IMG/VR virus record: IMGVR_UViG_3300037054_000205
Location: 1 to 59,698 of that record
DNA from: a virus
Taxonomy: Duplodnaviria > Caudoviricetes
Strand: one strand, 5' to 3'
DNA length: 59,698 nucleotides
This document shows positions 27,841 through 37,311 of this stretch, one piece after another. The position numbers and the translations under genes were made by a program. Numbering within the stretch: the stretch's first letter is position 1; every line of letters starts with the position of its first letter. Under the pieces are notes generated by a model. It did no database searches. It was not told where the DNA came from and worked only from the letters and a program-made list of their open reading frames with translations.

Positions 27841-28397
27841 TGGACCCCCAATCACCATTTATTGACCACGCCGCGCCGATTCTGAAGGGCGAGCCCTCGA
27901 TTACCGACGACCAGCGCGCGGATTTGTGGGACGTGTTCCACAACTCAAAGTCCGCCGAAGACCTGCAGCAAAAGCTGCAGCCGCTTGCCGTGCCCGACGA
28001 CTTGAAACAGAGCCTCTGGGATAAGAAAAAGAAAACGATGCCTCTGGTAAGTCCTGTGACTACCGCTATTTCTCAACTGGCTCAACTGGACCCCCCGAAC
28101 CGAGAACTGGCCGAGGGGCATCCTAACCTCTTGAAGGCTCTTATAGCCGCCAATACACCGGAGCCAGAGCCCGCTGCAGGGGCTTCAGCCGCTGGGAAGG
28201 GGAAACCTGCAGGGAAGGCCCAAAAGGCTGCCCCGCTGGTCCAGGGACCCCGCCCTGATGGACTAGAGCACATGCCGCCGATACCTGACGGGCACCACCG
28301 TGTCAAAACCAGTGATGGCGGAATTTGGGACGTGCCCGCCGAGGGGCTCGATGCGGCGCGAGAGAAAGACCCCAATCTTCATGTTTTGAACCCCTAA
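27840..28397 (+). CDS. hypothetical protein, probably internal virion/ejection
   Basis: Directly precedes the giant gene. Confidence 0.7.
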   Translation: MDPQSPFIDHAAPILKGEPSITDDQRADLWDVFHNSKSAEDLQQKLQPLAVPDDLKQSLWDKKKKTMPLVSPVTTAISQLAQLDPPNRELAEGHPNLLKALIAANTPEPEPAAGASAAGKGKPAGKAQKAAPLVQGPRPDGLEHMPPIPDGHHRVKTSDGGIWDVPAEGLDAAREKDPNLHVLNP

Positions 28398-28435
28398 AAG
28401 GGATGATTAGAGCGGAATGAACCCCTAAAAGGGAT
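28387..28435. repeat. 18-bp direct repeat TGAACCCCTAAAAGGGAT, two copies
   Basis: 28387-28404 and 28418-28435, directly before ATG 28438. Confidence 0.9.
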
Positions 28436-28437
28436 AT

Positions 28438-31400
28438 ATGGCCAACGGCGACCCAACAACGACTCCGACCGTGACTCCCCCCGCTGCCCCGGCAGCGCCT
28501 GACGCCACCCCTGCGCCTACTGACGAAGGGCTGCTGCATTCCTTCGCTACTGGATGGGGAGTTGACCCCGAGGCTGTCAAATGGGCGGCTAAGACTATTT
28601 GGAATGACCCCATCGGGTCGGCCAAAGCCATAGGCGGCGCGCAGGTAGACGAACTCAAACATGCATTTACGCACCCGATAGAAGCCGCGAAGGAAGTAGG
28701 GGAGGGGGTAGTGTCCGCCGTCACCCCGAACCCTGATGCGGTAAAGACGGCGCAAGCCCACCTACACGCACCGGGGCTTGTCAATAAATTGGTGGGCGGC
28801 GCGGAGTATTTGACCAGCGGCGTACCGTTGTTCGGTGCGGCTGGCGTCAAGGCCGAGGAGCAGGGCGCGAAGGGAAATATCCCCGGCATGCTTGGCACCA
28901 CGGCGGCTGTCGCCTCGCAAGTTTTCGCTGGCGGAAAAGCTGGCGAAGAATCGCCCAAACTTTCGAAGGAAACGAAGCTGGGGTCTGTTTCCCCCGAGGC
29001 TGGAAAAACTCCCGGCGAACTTGAACCGTTGAACCGTGCGAATGCGAAAACACTACAAGACCTGGGGTACTCCAACCAAACTATCACGAACTTGAATGCC
29101 ACCGAAGTTGACCATATTCTCAAGAACAACATTCCGGCACCCCCACGCGTCGACCTGACAAGCGAGGGCGCGAAAGAAGTCATGCCCGCCCCGCATATGC
29201 ATCCTCCCGCCGAAGATGTGGCGGCTACTGCTGCGGCTGCGGCGGAACCCGCAGACCTTCAGATGGGCGAATCTCGCAAAATAGATGTCCCGAAAGGAAG
29301 ACAGGGCTCGGACGCGCAGGTTATCCAAAAAGGGGGATGGCTCCTGCCTAATGGACAAAACTACGTGCATCCTGACCTTCACATGACTCATGGCGAATCT
29401 GCACTGGACGCGGGTTTTAGTGGACTTGGAGTGGTGAATCCATCCACCGGATTGGATATGCCCGATGCACTAACTGCGCGCATCCAGGCGTTGCGGAGTG
29501 GGGCCATTCGTTCTACTCTCGACCGAAAAGGAACGACCACCTTAGAGTTGTTTGGCATCACTGAAGAAAGTAAGCCGCGCTTGTTAGACGCGCTGGCAGT
29601 CGCACCGCCTCATAAGCCTGTATTTATTGCACATGCTGGAGGTAGAGGGGCCGAATTTCAAAACTCCAACTCAACCCAACAGTTTAGCAATCCCGCAGAG
29701 GCAATTGATTGGGTTGACCGCCAAGCAACGGTCAGTTCCATTCAGACAGGCGAGTCCAAGGGACCGTTAGCGAAACTCGGTATTGATACCACCACGCTGA
29801 AACCACCAAAGGGACAGGGACGGCGAGCCTTTGACCGCCCTGAGGGCGAGCCCGCAACAGGCGCGGAAGAAACTCCGACCACTGGGGCTACTTCAGACAA
29901 GGGCATCTTAGGCAGACTAGGCATTGACACCACTAAACTCCCGCCCGCGCCTGGGCAGGGCAGTCAAGCGTTTGACCGTCCGCAAGGAGGACACGCGGGC
30001 GGCGGCGTTGCGTCCCTCGAAGAATTGAATCGTCCTGGCCGCTTTGTTTCCGTTGACCGCGCGGGCACGACTAGTGACCAAGGAAAAACTCCAGACTTTA
30101 ATTTGCGTCCAGGCTCGGTCGGGTATCAAGTCAAGCCTGACGGCACGCACCAACTGATTGATGGGCAGGAAACTCCTACGCATAAAGCCGCCATTGAGAA
30201 TTACAAGCAGAACGTGTACCCGAGTCCTGCGCCCGAGCATCTCAACACCCTCGCCAAGCGCGGACAACTCGAAGGGCAGAGGTATAATCTCGGAGATATT
30301 GATGGCGCCACGTATCGCGGCGGCCTCGACCAATCACCGCGCCCGGGGTCCGAGGACGCGACGGACAAACTTCAGATGGGTGAGCGTCAATCACCGCTCA
30401 AGGAACCGTATACGGTTGAAGTGACGGACCAAGATGGAACCAAGCACACCGAGACGATTGAGGGATTCTCCTCGAAAAACGCGCTGGCGGCGGCGCAAAA
30501 ACAATTCCCGAACGGGTACAACTGGAGCCTCGCGTCAGGAAAGTCAGATGGACCCAGGACCCTGTCGACGGAATACACTCCCGGAACCAAGAAGCCCCTA
30601 TCCATGCGGGCTTCGAATACTGGCAGAACGGCGCGAGAGCGACGTGGGCATGAAGTCGGGCATGTAATGGAAGCGCAAGCGGTGGGGATAAAGCAACTTG
30701 GGATAGCGAGAAGTTCGCATCCAGATAATCGAGGAGATTATGACACCTTCGCCATCTTCTCAGGCGAAGGGGTATACGTTCCTGGGACGAGGGTCATCAA
30801 GCCGGAAAGGCGGATGGACGTCGTACGCCTTCTGGTGGGGGGCATCGCGAGAGATGAAGGCGCTGGATTGCATCGCGCTTCCAACCATAATTTCAGCATT
30901 AATCTTGAGGGTTCTGACGGTCATCAAGCCTACAGCATTTTGACGGCGGCAGACTACACGCATGAGAACGCAATGGACCGCATGAACCAACTCATAGACA
31001 TAGCTGCGGACCATCAGTCCAGACCTCACGTTGCCAGTGTCATCGAAGAGAATCTCGATACCCGCGAAGAGGGGCTATCTCGGCATTACGACTACAGTCC
31101 CGAGCGGTTGGATAATATGTGGGCTGAATCCCAGAGGAGAGCACAAAATGCAACCGAAAAGCGTGACGCTGCAGGAAATGGCGCAGGACTTGCTGAAGGA
31201 AGCCCAGAAAGCCTCGCCCGAGGAGAAAGCGGAATTTCGAAAGCAATTGGACCAGTATCTGAAGGACCAGATAGCGGCCCTGAACCCGGAGCAAAAGGCG
31301 AACTTTCTCAAACTCCAGGCGCAGAGAAAGAAGACCTCACCGCAGGAGCCAGCAAAGTAGCCCCCACTACAGGTGAGGAAGTGATTGCCAAACTAGAGAA

Positions 31401-34400
31401 ACCCCCTATCGGCTTCCAAGACGCTAAACCAATTCCGTATTCCTCCGACGCAGAGTTTACCAATCGAACCGCCCCTTCCATGATTCTGCCTGATGGCAGA
31501 ATTATCAACGCGCGGCTGGCTCATACTGAAATTGCGGCGGCTGCTGGTTTTAAGGATACTGGGTCATCGCTGGATAAAACGTACGTTTCTGGCGTAACCG
31601 CTTTTCAACGGGCAACCGGAGTGGTGCGAGTTATCTACCCCGAGCACGGCGGAAATATAGGCATTGAAATACACCAACGACCCTCTAATGACCAGTTAGG
31701 CATCATTGGAAAGAATCTAAAGAATGCGACTGCAGCGGGCAAGGGTGATGGTTCCCTGACGTGGGATTTGGCAGACGCTAACGGCAAATTCACATCGGGT
31801 CACGGGTCTATCGGGGATTTTCGGCGCGCGGTAGATACCGCTTATCTAGAGCAAGGTCTATCCAATCGCGTGAACTCCGCGCCCGTCACAAAGACGCCGA
31901 AACTACAAGCGGGCGAGATTAAAGGTGACGCTGTCGACAAGCCCGCTGCGACGTACCATGAAGCTGCCGCGACCGAAGGAAACCCGTGGGTGCGCCGTTC
32001 CGCTGACCCCGCCGACGACGCCGCCCCGACAAACAAGGGTCGGCAGGTAATGGTACAGTTCAGTTCTGACCTCATCAACAAGGACCTTCCGTCTGGCACA
32101 GGCGGGGCATATTATGACAAGCTGTACGGCGGCGCGCGCCCCGGCTACGCGCGCATGCAGGATACCTGGGAGATTCCGCAATGGATGGGATTTGCTTCCC
32201 ATGCACTGCCAAAAGCAGATGTCTATTTTGTCCGCGACATGGCGCAAGCGAAAAAGTTCTTGAACGAGGCGGGTTACGACCGCGCGCTCTTCAGCGCGCT
32301 GGACGTAAACACCCCGCTGATTAAGGAATTGGCGAAAGGTTACAAGGGCGCGGTGGACGTCGGCGGGTATCAGAAGCCTGGGACGTTCCTGGACAGCCCG
32401 AACGTCACGTACCATGCGTCTATCCAGGACATGATGAACCACCCCTACTATAAAGGGCAGGGCCTGGAATATAAGAACGGCACCGACTATCGGCACTTCG
32501 AAGGTTCTGATGTCATCCCTCGCCTGACCATGTCCGATGGCTGCTTGCACAAGTGCGCGTTCTGCGTGGTGGAAAAGAAGATTGACGTTACCCCGGAGAG
32601 CGTGGTCGACCAACAGGCTGAATCCATTGCAAAGCTCGGCGCGAAGCTGGTTTACCTGAATGACAAGACCTTCGGGCAAGCGTCAAACTATCAACATCTG
32701 TCCGACGTGTACGCGAAGATGAAAGAAGCGAATCCCGCGTTCCACGGCTTCGTCGTGCAGACCACTGCCGCCCAAATGGGCAAGATTCCTTCTGACTGGT
32801 TGCAGAAGTCGGGCATCAAGTATGTGGAACTCGGCATTGAAAGTTACAATGACCCCATCCTAAAGGAAATGCACAAGCCCGCGAACCAGAAACTGATTGA
32901 CGCGGCCACGCAGAAACTACGCGAGAACGGTATCGCGCTCATTCCGAACATCCTGGTCGGCTTGCCCGGCGAGACCGCGCAAACATACGCCAACACCCTG
33001 AAGTTCCTGCAGGATAACAAAGACATCATCTCGCACGCGAACATCTACAACCTCGCGCTGTATGAGAATTCAGAGTTGGGCAAGAAACTGACGACCGCCA
33101 ACCCCGACGACTTCAACGAGAACGTATTGGAGAAGTCATTCCACTCCGACCCCGCAGTGCATAAGCAGTTCGCGGGTGACCTGTACGGCGCTGCGCAGGA
33201 CATGTTAGACCAACCGCCCCCAAGCGCGACGAAGACGAATGAACCCGCTACGCTGCAGATGGGCTTTGCAAAACAGAAAGCTAAGGCTAAAGACCAAGCC
33301 CCGAAAATTACGGACATGACTGCGGAGGATTTGGCGTTCGACAAGAGGCACGCCGAGTTTGCTGCGCCCGATGCGGCTGCGGAAGAACCAGTGACGCCGA
33401 CTCGCGAAACAATCGTCGCCGCTAACGCCGACATTAAAGAGCGGCAGCGGATTCAAGACCATTTAGCAAAGGTGGATAAAAGAAATCAACCCGCCGAAGC
33501 TGCGGCTCCTGAAGTCGCGCGCACTGCCACGTCCCAAGAAGCCATTGCCAACATCGTCAAAAACAACGAGCATGACGATTACAAGGTTACACCCCCAGGC
33601 AAGGCCGTAGCGCGAGACGCTTATGGGTATTTGCTGGCTGATGGGAGTCTGGTCGAGAACGCCGACGATACCCGCGAGTACACCCATTCCCAACTTGCCG
33701 ACTTGTTGGACTGGGATGATATGAGGAACGCAAACGCCATCCGAACTAATGGTCCCGATAACATTGAGGTTCTGCATGACGCCCCGACCGAACAACAGCG
33801 CGGGGAAATAGCCCGATTCGTCAAAGAGGGCGGGAAAGACAAACTTACTTGGGACTTCCATAAAATCACAGACTTCGATGGCTACGAGAATTTTCTGCGC
33901 GGCTCAGATTCTCTATATGGCGGGGAAGACAAACCACCTCTCGAAAGCGGCGAAGGTAGCCTCGGGGATTTCCTGCGCGCGGCTGATAAGTTCTACAAGA
34001 AGCCCGAGCCAGTTTCTGGGGGAGCCTCGATAGGCGACCGTCTCCAAACTGGATTTGCGAAGACCAAGAAGCCTGCCGAGGCTGCGGCTCCTGAAGCGGC
34101 ACTGAAGTTCACGCACAAAACTTTCGGAGTCGATGACTCCATTGCCCGCGTGTCTGCGCTCGATGCCAAGGGAGAGGATGTCGGACACGTCACTTACGGG
34201 TTGCCTAAACCCGCGAAGCGCACGGGGGATTTCAGTGCCACGATAGCGATGGCGGCGGTTGACACTCCAGGTCAAGGTCTGGGCCAGAAACTTTATCTGC
34301 AAGCGGCGGATGCGGCGAAGACCAAAGGCGCGCGGTATTTGGTCTCCGACGTGGCGCACGGGGTGGACCCGTCCGCTGTTCGTGTTTGGGATGCGCTCGT

Positions 34401-36768
34401 GGCAAAAGGATATCCCGTAGAAAAGCTGGGCGCGAAGAACTATCGTATGGACCTTTCGAAATTTCAAACGCCATCGAATGCGGCTCCTGTCCAGAGTATA
34501 TATGAGAAAAAGGGAGCCCAAGAATTAGCAGACCATATCGGCGGAAGAGTGGTCGGGTCCGTCGCCACAAAGGGCGTCTCAACCCATGATTTAGATTTGG
34601 CGGTTGACACCTATGACCAACCTAAGATTGAAGCGGCGATGAAAGCCCGAGGATTTGAGCCGATAGGTAGTTCAGTAGTGTCTCCTGCCGAAGCAAAAAC
34701 ATCTGGTAAGACTTTTGGCGGCGATTCTGCCGACTGGAATCGAGCACACCATTTTGAAAATAACACGACGCAATCAAAAGCCTCGGAACCTCGGCGGAGG
34801 GTGGATATTTGGAGCAAAGAACCCGCTGAAAGCGATGTCATCGACCACATCAAGTCGGGCGGGCAGTTCGGTGTCCTGACCGCCGAGAACCCGCAGAACA
34901 GAACGCTGTCGGCGAAAGAGAACGCTACTCGCAACGAGGCCCTGCGCCAGCAACTGGAAGCGCGCGGACACGACCCAATCCAGTTGACTGGGCACTCCGA
35001 TGCGGTTGGCCCGGCGACGGAGAATCCCTTCTTTGTGAAAGACCTTCCTGCGGCTGAGACGGCGGCGCTGGGGCGCGAGCACGGACAACAGTCCGTCCTG
35101 ACGCATCAAGGTCTGCACGACCTGAACAAGGATGTGGTGAATCCGCTCGACCCGTCGCAAGGAATCATGACGGGTCCTGATGCCGAGAAGCAGAAGTATT
35201 TCTCCAAGCATGATGGACAGGCGTTCTCTGCACCAGTTAATTGGGATAAGACGGTTGCGCCGGAAGGAAAAGGGGAGTCTCTCTCTGGGGTTCCTGTTGT
35301 GAGCACGCGGGTGCCGCACGGGACCCTGAATAAAGTAAAGTTCCAGCGGCATGAAGATACAACCCGCATGTCCGACATGGAAGCAGCGACGGCGGCGCCT
35401 GGATATCTGCAAAAGATGATGGACAAGGTACACGATATTCCCGGGTTTGTCGCGCCGCAGGGCGGGACCATTCAGGAGCAAACCGAAGCCTTTATTCAGC
35501 ACGGGCTGGACAACATAATGTTCGTTCACTCTAAGATGACACCTGAAAAAATCGCACTGAACAAGCAGTGGTACCCGGTTGGAGCGCATGGACGCGGAAT
35601 CATTCTCGCGCATCAAAATGGGATTACGCCCGCGCAAGCCTACGGCATCACGTCGGTCGAGTCGCCGCTAACGGACTGGGACCAGAACACATCCTTGGCC
35701 GAGCGTACCGCCAGCATCTATCAGCAACAGCAAAACACGCGCTTCACGCCGGAAATGGCAAAAGCCGCCGACGCGATTCTTACCATACCCGCTATGGCAG
35801 GATTCAAAAAATCGTTTAGTTTGCTTCGCGGGAAGACTCTCGCCGAACTACCGGATATCGAGGATAAGGCATACTGGCTACGCATCTACGACGAAGCCCA
35901 CAACCCCCGCGAGTATATGCAATGGAACGCGGACGGCACCCAGGCGGGCATCGCTAGGAGCATGGACGGCACGCCAAGGGCAGTAGGCTGGAGTTTCTTC
36001 ACTCATATTGAGAAGGCAATCAGGATTGCCCAGGACGGGTCTCCAGAAAATATCAGTCGACAACTAGGGCTGAATCATAAGGTGCGGAACTTCTACAACA
36101 ACCAAGCCGACCCAGACAACCCGCGATACCTGACCATCGACACCCATGCGGGCGCCGTAGCGCAGTTGCGCCCGTTGTCGGGAGGGCATCCTGACATTTT
36201 CCACATCTTCGGGAATCCATCCAACAACGCGTTTGGTCTCTCTGGCACCTATCCGCTTTATGACGAGATGTACAGGCGGGCAGCGAAAAAACTTGACGAA
36301 CCTATCCCGAGCAGGGTACAATCGTCCGTATGGGCGGAGATTCGAGAAGTGTTCAACGACGATTTTAAGACGCCAGAGAATCTGGCCGCAGTAGACGCGA
36401 TTTGGAAGGAGTCGACCGATGGCAAAATCACAGCCGACGAAGCCCGAAACAGAATCTGGGACTTCGCAACTCGATGGAACAGAGAAGCTGCTGAAAAAGG
36501 GCGGGCTTCCGATAACCAGGGAAAACTATTTGCTCCTGACGTTTCTGGGACACCCGCCAGCGGAACCCCTGAGCGAGGAAATGGAGCAGGAGTTGCCCCA
36601 CCACCTGCAGCGGAAGAGGTAGGCGATACCTCGTTTGACTTCGGTGCGAACGTCAAGCCGGAAGCGGGCAGCTTCGGGCGGGCGCCGAAAAAGAGCAAGG
36701 CGAAAACGCAACTGAACGCCGTAGACCTCCTGAAGGCTTTGAGCAACCTGAAGAAACCCGCACGCTAG
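28438..36768 (+). CDS. giant multidomain (polyvalent-type) protein, probably virion-injected: zincin protease, radical SAM, GNAT, nucleotidyltransferase, DUF3293-like, glycosylase-like domains and three copies of an unknown domain
   Basis: 2776-aa ORF; HEVGH, CLHKCAFC, GQGLGQKLY, GS..DLD, LTAENP, KVRNFYNN..TIDTHA motifs. Confidence 0.85.
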   Translation: MANGDPTTTPTVTPPAAPAAPDATPAPTDEGLLHSFATGWGVDPEAVKWAAKTIWNDPIGSAKAIGGAQVDELKHAFTHPIEAAKEVGEGVVSAVTPNPDAVKTAQAHLHAPGLVNKLVGGAEYLTSGVPLFGAAGVKAEEQGAKGNIPGMLGTTAAVASQVFAGGKAGEESPKLSKETKLGSVSPEAGKTPGELEPLNRANAKTLQDLGYSNQTITNLNATEVDHILKNNIPAPPRVDLTSEGAKEVMPAPHMHPPAEDVAATAAAAAEPADLQMGESRKIDVPKGRQGSDAQVIQKGGWLLPNGQNYVHPDLHMTHGESALDAGFSGLGVVNPSTGLDMPDALTARIQALRSGAIRSTLDRKGTTTLELFGITEESKPRLLDALAVAPPHKPVFIAHAGGRGAEFQNSNSTQQFSNPAEAIDWVDRQATVSSIQTGESKGPLAKLGIDTTTLKPPKGQGRRAFDRPEGEPATGAEETPTTGATSDKGILGRLGIDTTKLPPAPGQGSQAFDRPQGGHAGGGVASLEELNRPGRFVSVDRAGTTSDQGKTPDFNLRPGSVGYQVKPDGTHQLIDGQETPTHKAAIENYKQNVYPSPAPEHLNTLAKRGQLEGQRYNLGDIDGATYRGGLDQSPRPGSEDATDKLQMGERQSPLKEPYTVEVTDQDGTKHTETIEGFSSKNALAAAQKQFPNGYNWSLASGKSDGPRTLSTEYTPGTKKPLSMRASNTGRTARERRGHEVGHVMEAQAVGIKQLGIARSSHPDNRGDYDTFAIFSGEGVYVPGTRVIKPERRMDVVRLLVGGIARDEGAGLHRASNHNFSINLEGSDGHQAYSILTAADYTHENAMDRMNQLIDIAADHQSRPHVASVIEENLDTREEGLSRHYDYSPERLDNMWAESQRRAQNATEKRDAAGNGAGLAEGSPESLARGESGISKAIGPVSEGPDSGPEPGAKGELSQTPGAEKEDLTAGASKVAPTTGEEVIAKLEKPPIGFQDAKPIPYSSDAEFTNRTAPSMILPDGRIINARLAHTEIAAAAGFKDTGSSLDKTYVSGVTAFQRATGVVRVIYPEHGGNIGIEIHQRPSNDQLGIIGKNLKNATAAGKGDGSLTWDLADANGKFTSGHGSIGDFRRAVDTAYLEQGLSNRVNSAPVTKTPKLQAGEIKGDAVDKPAATYHEAAATEGNPWVRRSADPADDAAPTNKGRQVMVQFSSDLINKDLPSGTGGAYYDKLYGGARPGYARMQDTWEIPQWMGFASHALPKADVYFVRDMAQAKKFLNEAGYDRALFSALDVNTPLIKELAKGYKGAVDVGGYQKPGTFLDSPNVTYHASIQDMMNHPYYKGQGLEYKNGTDYRHFEGSDVIPRLTMSDGCLHKCAFCVVEKKIDVTPESVVDQQAESIAKLGAKLVYLNDKTFGQASNYQHLSDVYAKMKEANPAFHGFVVQTTAAQMGKIPSDWLQKSGIKYVELGIESYNDPILKEMHKPANQKLIDAATQKLRENGIALIPNILVGLPGETAQTYANTLKFLQDNKDIISHANIYNLALYENSELGKKLTTANPDDFNENVLEKSFHSDPAVHKQFAGDLYGAAQDMLDQPPPSATKTNEPATLQMGFAKQKAKAKDQAPKITDMTAEDLAFDKRHAEFAAPDAAAEEPVTPTRETIVAANADIKERQRIQDHLAKVDKRNQPAEAAAPEVARTATSQEAIANIVKNNEHDDYKVTPPGKAVARDAYGYLLADGSLVENADDTREYTHSQLADLLDWDDMRNANAIRTNGPDNIEVLHDAPTEQQRGEIARFVKEGGKDKLTWDFHKITDFDGYENFLRGSDSLYGGEDKPPLESGEGSLGDFLRAADKFYKKPEPVSGGASIGDRLQTGFAKTKKPAEAAAPEAALKFTHKTFGVDDSIARVSALDAKGEDVGHVTYGLPKPAKRTGDFSATIAMAAVDTPGQGLGQKLYLQAADAAKTKGARYLVSDVAHGVDPSAVRVWDALVAKGYPVEKLGAKNYRMDLSKFQTPSNAAPVQSIYEKKGAQELADHIGGRVVGSVATKGVSTHDLDLAVDTYDQPKIEAAMKARGFEPIGSSVVSPAEAKTSGKTFGGDSADWNRAHHFENNTTQSKASEPRRRVDIWSKEPAESDVIDHIKSGGQFGVLTAENPQNRTLSAKENATRNEALRQQLEARGHDPIQLTGHSDAVGPATENPFFVKDLPAAETAALGREHGQQSVLTHQGLHDLNKDVVNPLDPSQGIMTGPDAEKQKYFSKHDGQAFSAPVNWDKTVAPEGKGESLSGVPVVSTRVPHGTLNKVKFQRHEDTTRMSDMEAATAAPGYLQKMMDKVHDIPGFVAPQGGTIQEQTEAFIQHGLDNIMFVHSKMTPEKIALNKQWYPVGAHGRGIILAHQNGITPAQAYGITSVESPLTDWDQNTSLAERTASIYQQQQNTRFTPEMAKAADAILTIPAMAGFKKSFSLLRGKTLAELPDIEDKAYWLRIYDEAHNPREYMQWNADGTQAGIARSMDGTPRAVGWSFFTHIEKAIRIAQDGSPENISRQLGLNHKVRNFYNNQADPDNPRYLTIDTHAGAVAQLRPLSGGHPDIFHIFGNPSNNAFGLSGTYPLYDEMYRRAAKKLDEPIPSRVQSSVWAEIREVFNDDFKTPENLAAVDAIWKESTDGKITADEARNRIWDFATRWNREAAEKGRASDNQGKLFAPDVSGTPASGTPERGNGAGVAPPPAAEEVGDTSFDFGANVKPEAGSFGRAPKKSKAKTQLNAVDLLKALSNLKKPAR
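31148..31360 (+). CDS. nested +1-frame gene inside the giant ORF (70 aa, helical)
   Basis: AGGAG at 31135-31139, 8 nt before ATG; MQPKSVTLQEMAQDLLKEAQKASPEEKAEFRKQLDQYL... Confidence 0.6.
   Translation: MQPKSVTLQEMAQDLLKEAQKASPEEKAEFRKQLDQYLKDQIAALNPEQKANFLKLQAQRKKTSPQEPAK
36419..36622 (+). CDS. nested +1-frame gene inside the giant ORF (67 aa)
   Basis: AAGGAG at 36406-36411, 7 nt before ATG; protein-like GLPITRENYLLLTFLGHPP...EQELP. Confidence 0.65.
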   Translation: MAKSQPTKPETESGTSQLDGTEKLLKKGGLPITRENYLLLTFLGHPPAEPLSEEMEQELPHHLQRKR

Positions 36769-36779
36769 GAGCATGTTAC

Positions 36780-37298
36780 ATGTCACGAGCGAAAAAGGTC
36801 CCGACAGATGAAGACCGGAAACGCGCCCAAGACAAGCGCATCCAGCGAAAATTCGGCATCACCCTCGCCGACCGCGATAGGCGCATTTACGAACAAAACA
36901 ACCTCTGCAAAATCTGCGGAGGAGCCCTCGATGCCTACGGACCCCCCAACATCGACCATTTCCATTTCTATGTGAATGTGGTGCGGGAAAAAGACCCCAG
37001 TATGTTAGCGGTGGGTCTGAAATGGTGCGCAATTTCCTATAACGAGATACGAATACCAGTTTTTACTCGCTATTCCCGCACCAAAGCTGGTGCCATCGAA
37101 AGCGTCAAGATGGCGACTATGCCATGGGCCGTGCGCGGCATTCTCTGCTTCAAGTGCAATCGCGGCCTGGGATACATCGAGCGGTTCTTTGGCGCCTCCC
37201 ACCACCCTGAAAATATCATCCCCGTCATTGATTATTTACGTGCCCGACTCCCGAAAACCCTTGACAAGTCCTACGATTTCGACTATCCTGATGTTTGA
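36780..37298 (+). CDS. endonuclease VII-like protein
   Basis: RKFGIT...QNNLCKICG...IDHFH...VRGILCFKCNRGLG. Confidence 0.85.
   Translation: MSRAKKVPTDEDRKRAQDKRIQRKFGITLADRDRRIYEQNNLCKICGGALDAYGPPNIDHFHFYVNVVREKDPSMLAVGLKWCAISYNEIRIPVFTRYSRTKAGAIESVKMATMPWAVRGILCFKCNRGLGYIERFFGASHHPENIIPVIDYLRARLPKTLDKSYDFDYPDV
37261..37289 (+). promoter_or_regulatory. sigma70-type promoter
   Basis: TTGACA-17bp-TATCCT upstream of the GGAGG RBS of 37312. Confidence 0.7.
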
Positions 37299-37311
37299 TT
37301 TGGAGGATTGA

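Noticed and set aside
30158-30943. Other alternative-frame ORFs inside the giant gene
   Set aside because: No clear RBS and Arg/Ser/Pro-rich shadow composition, unlike those at 31148 and 36419
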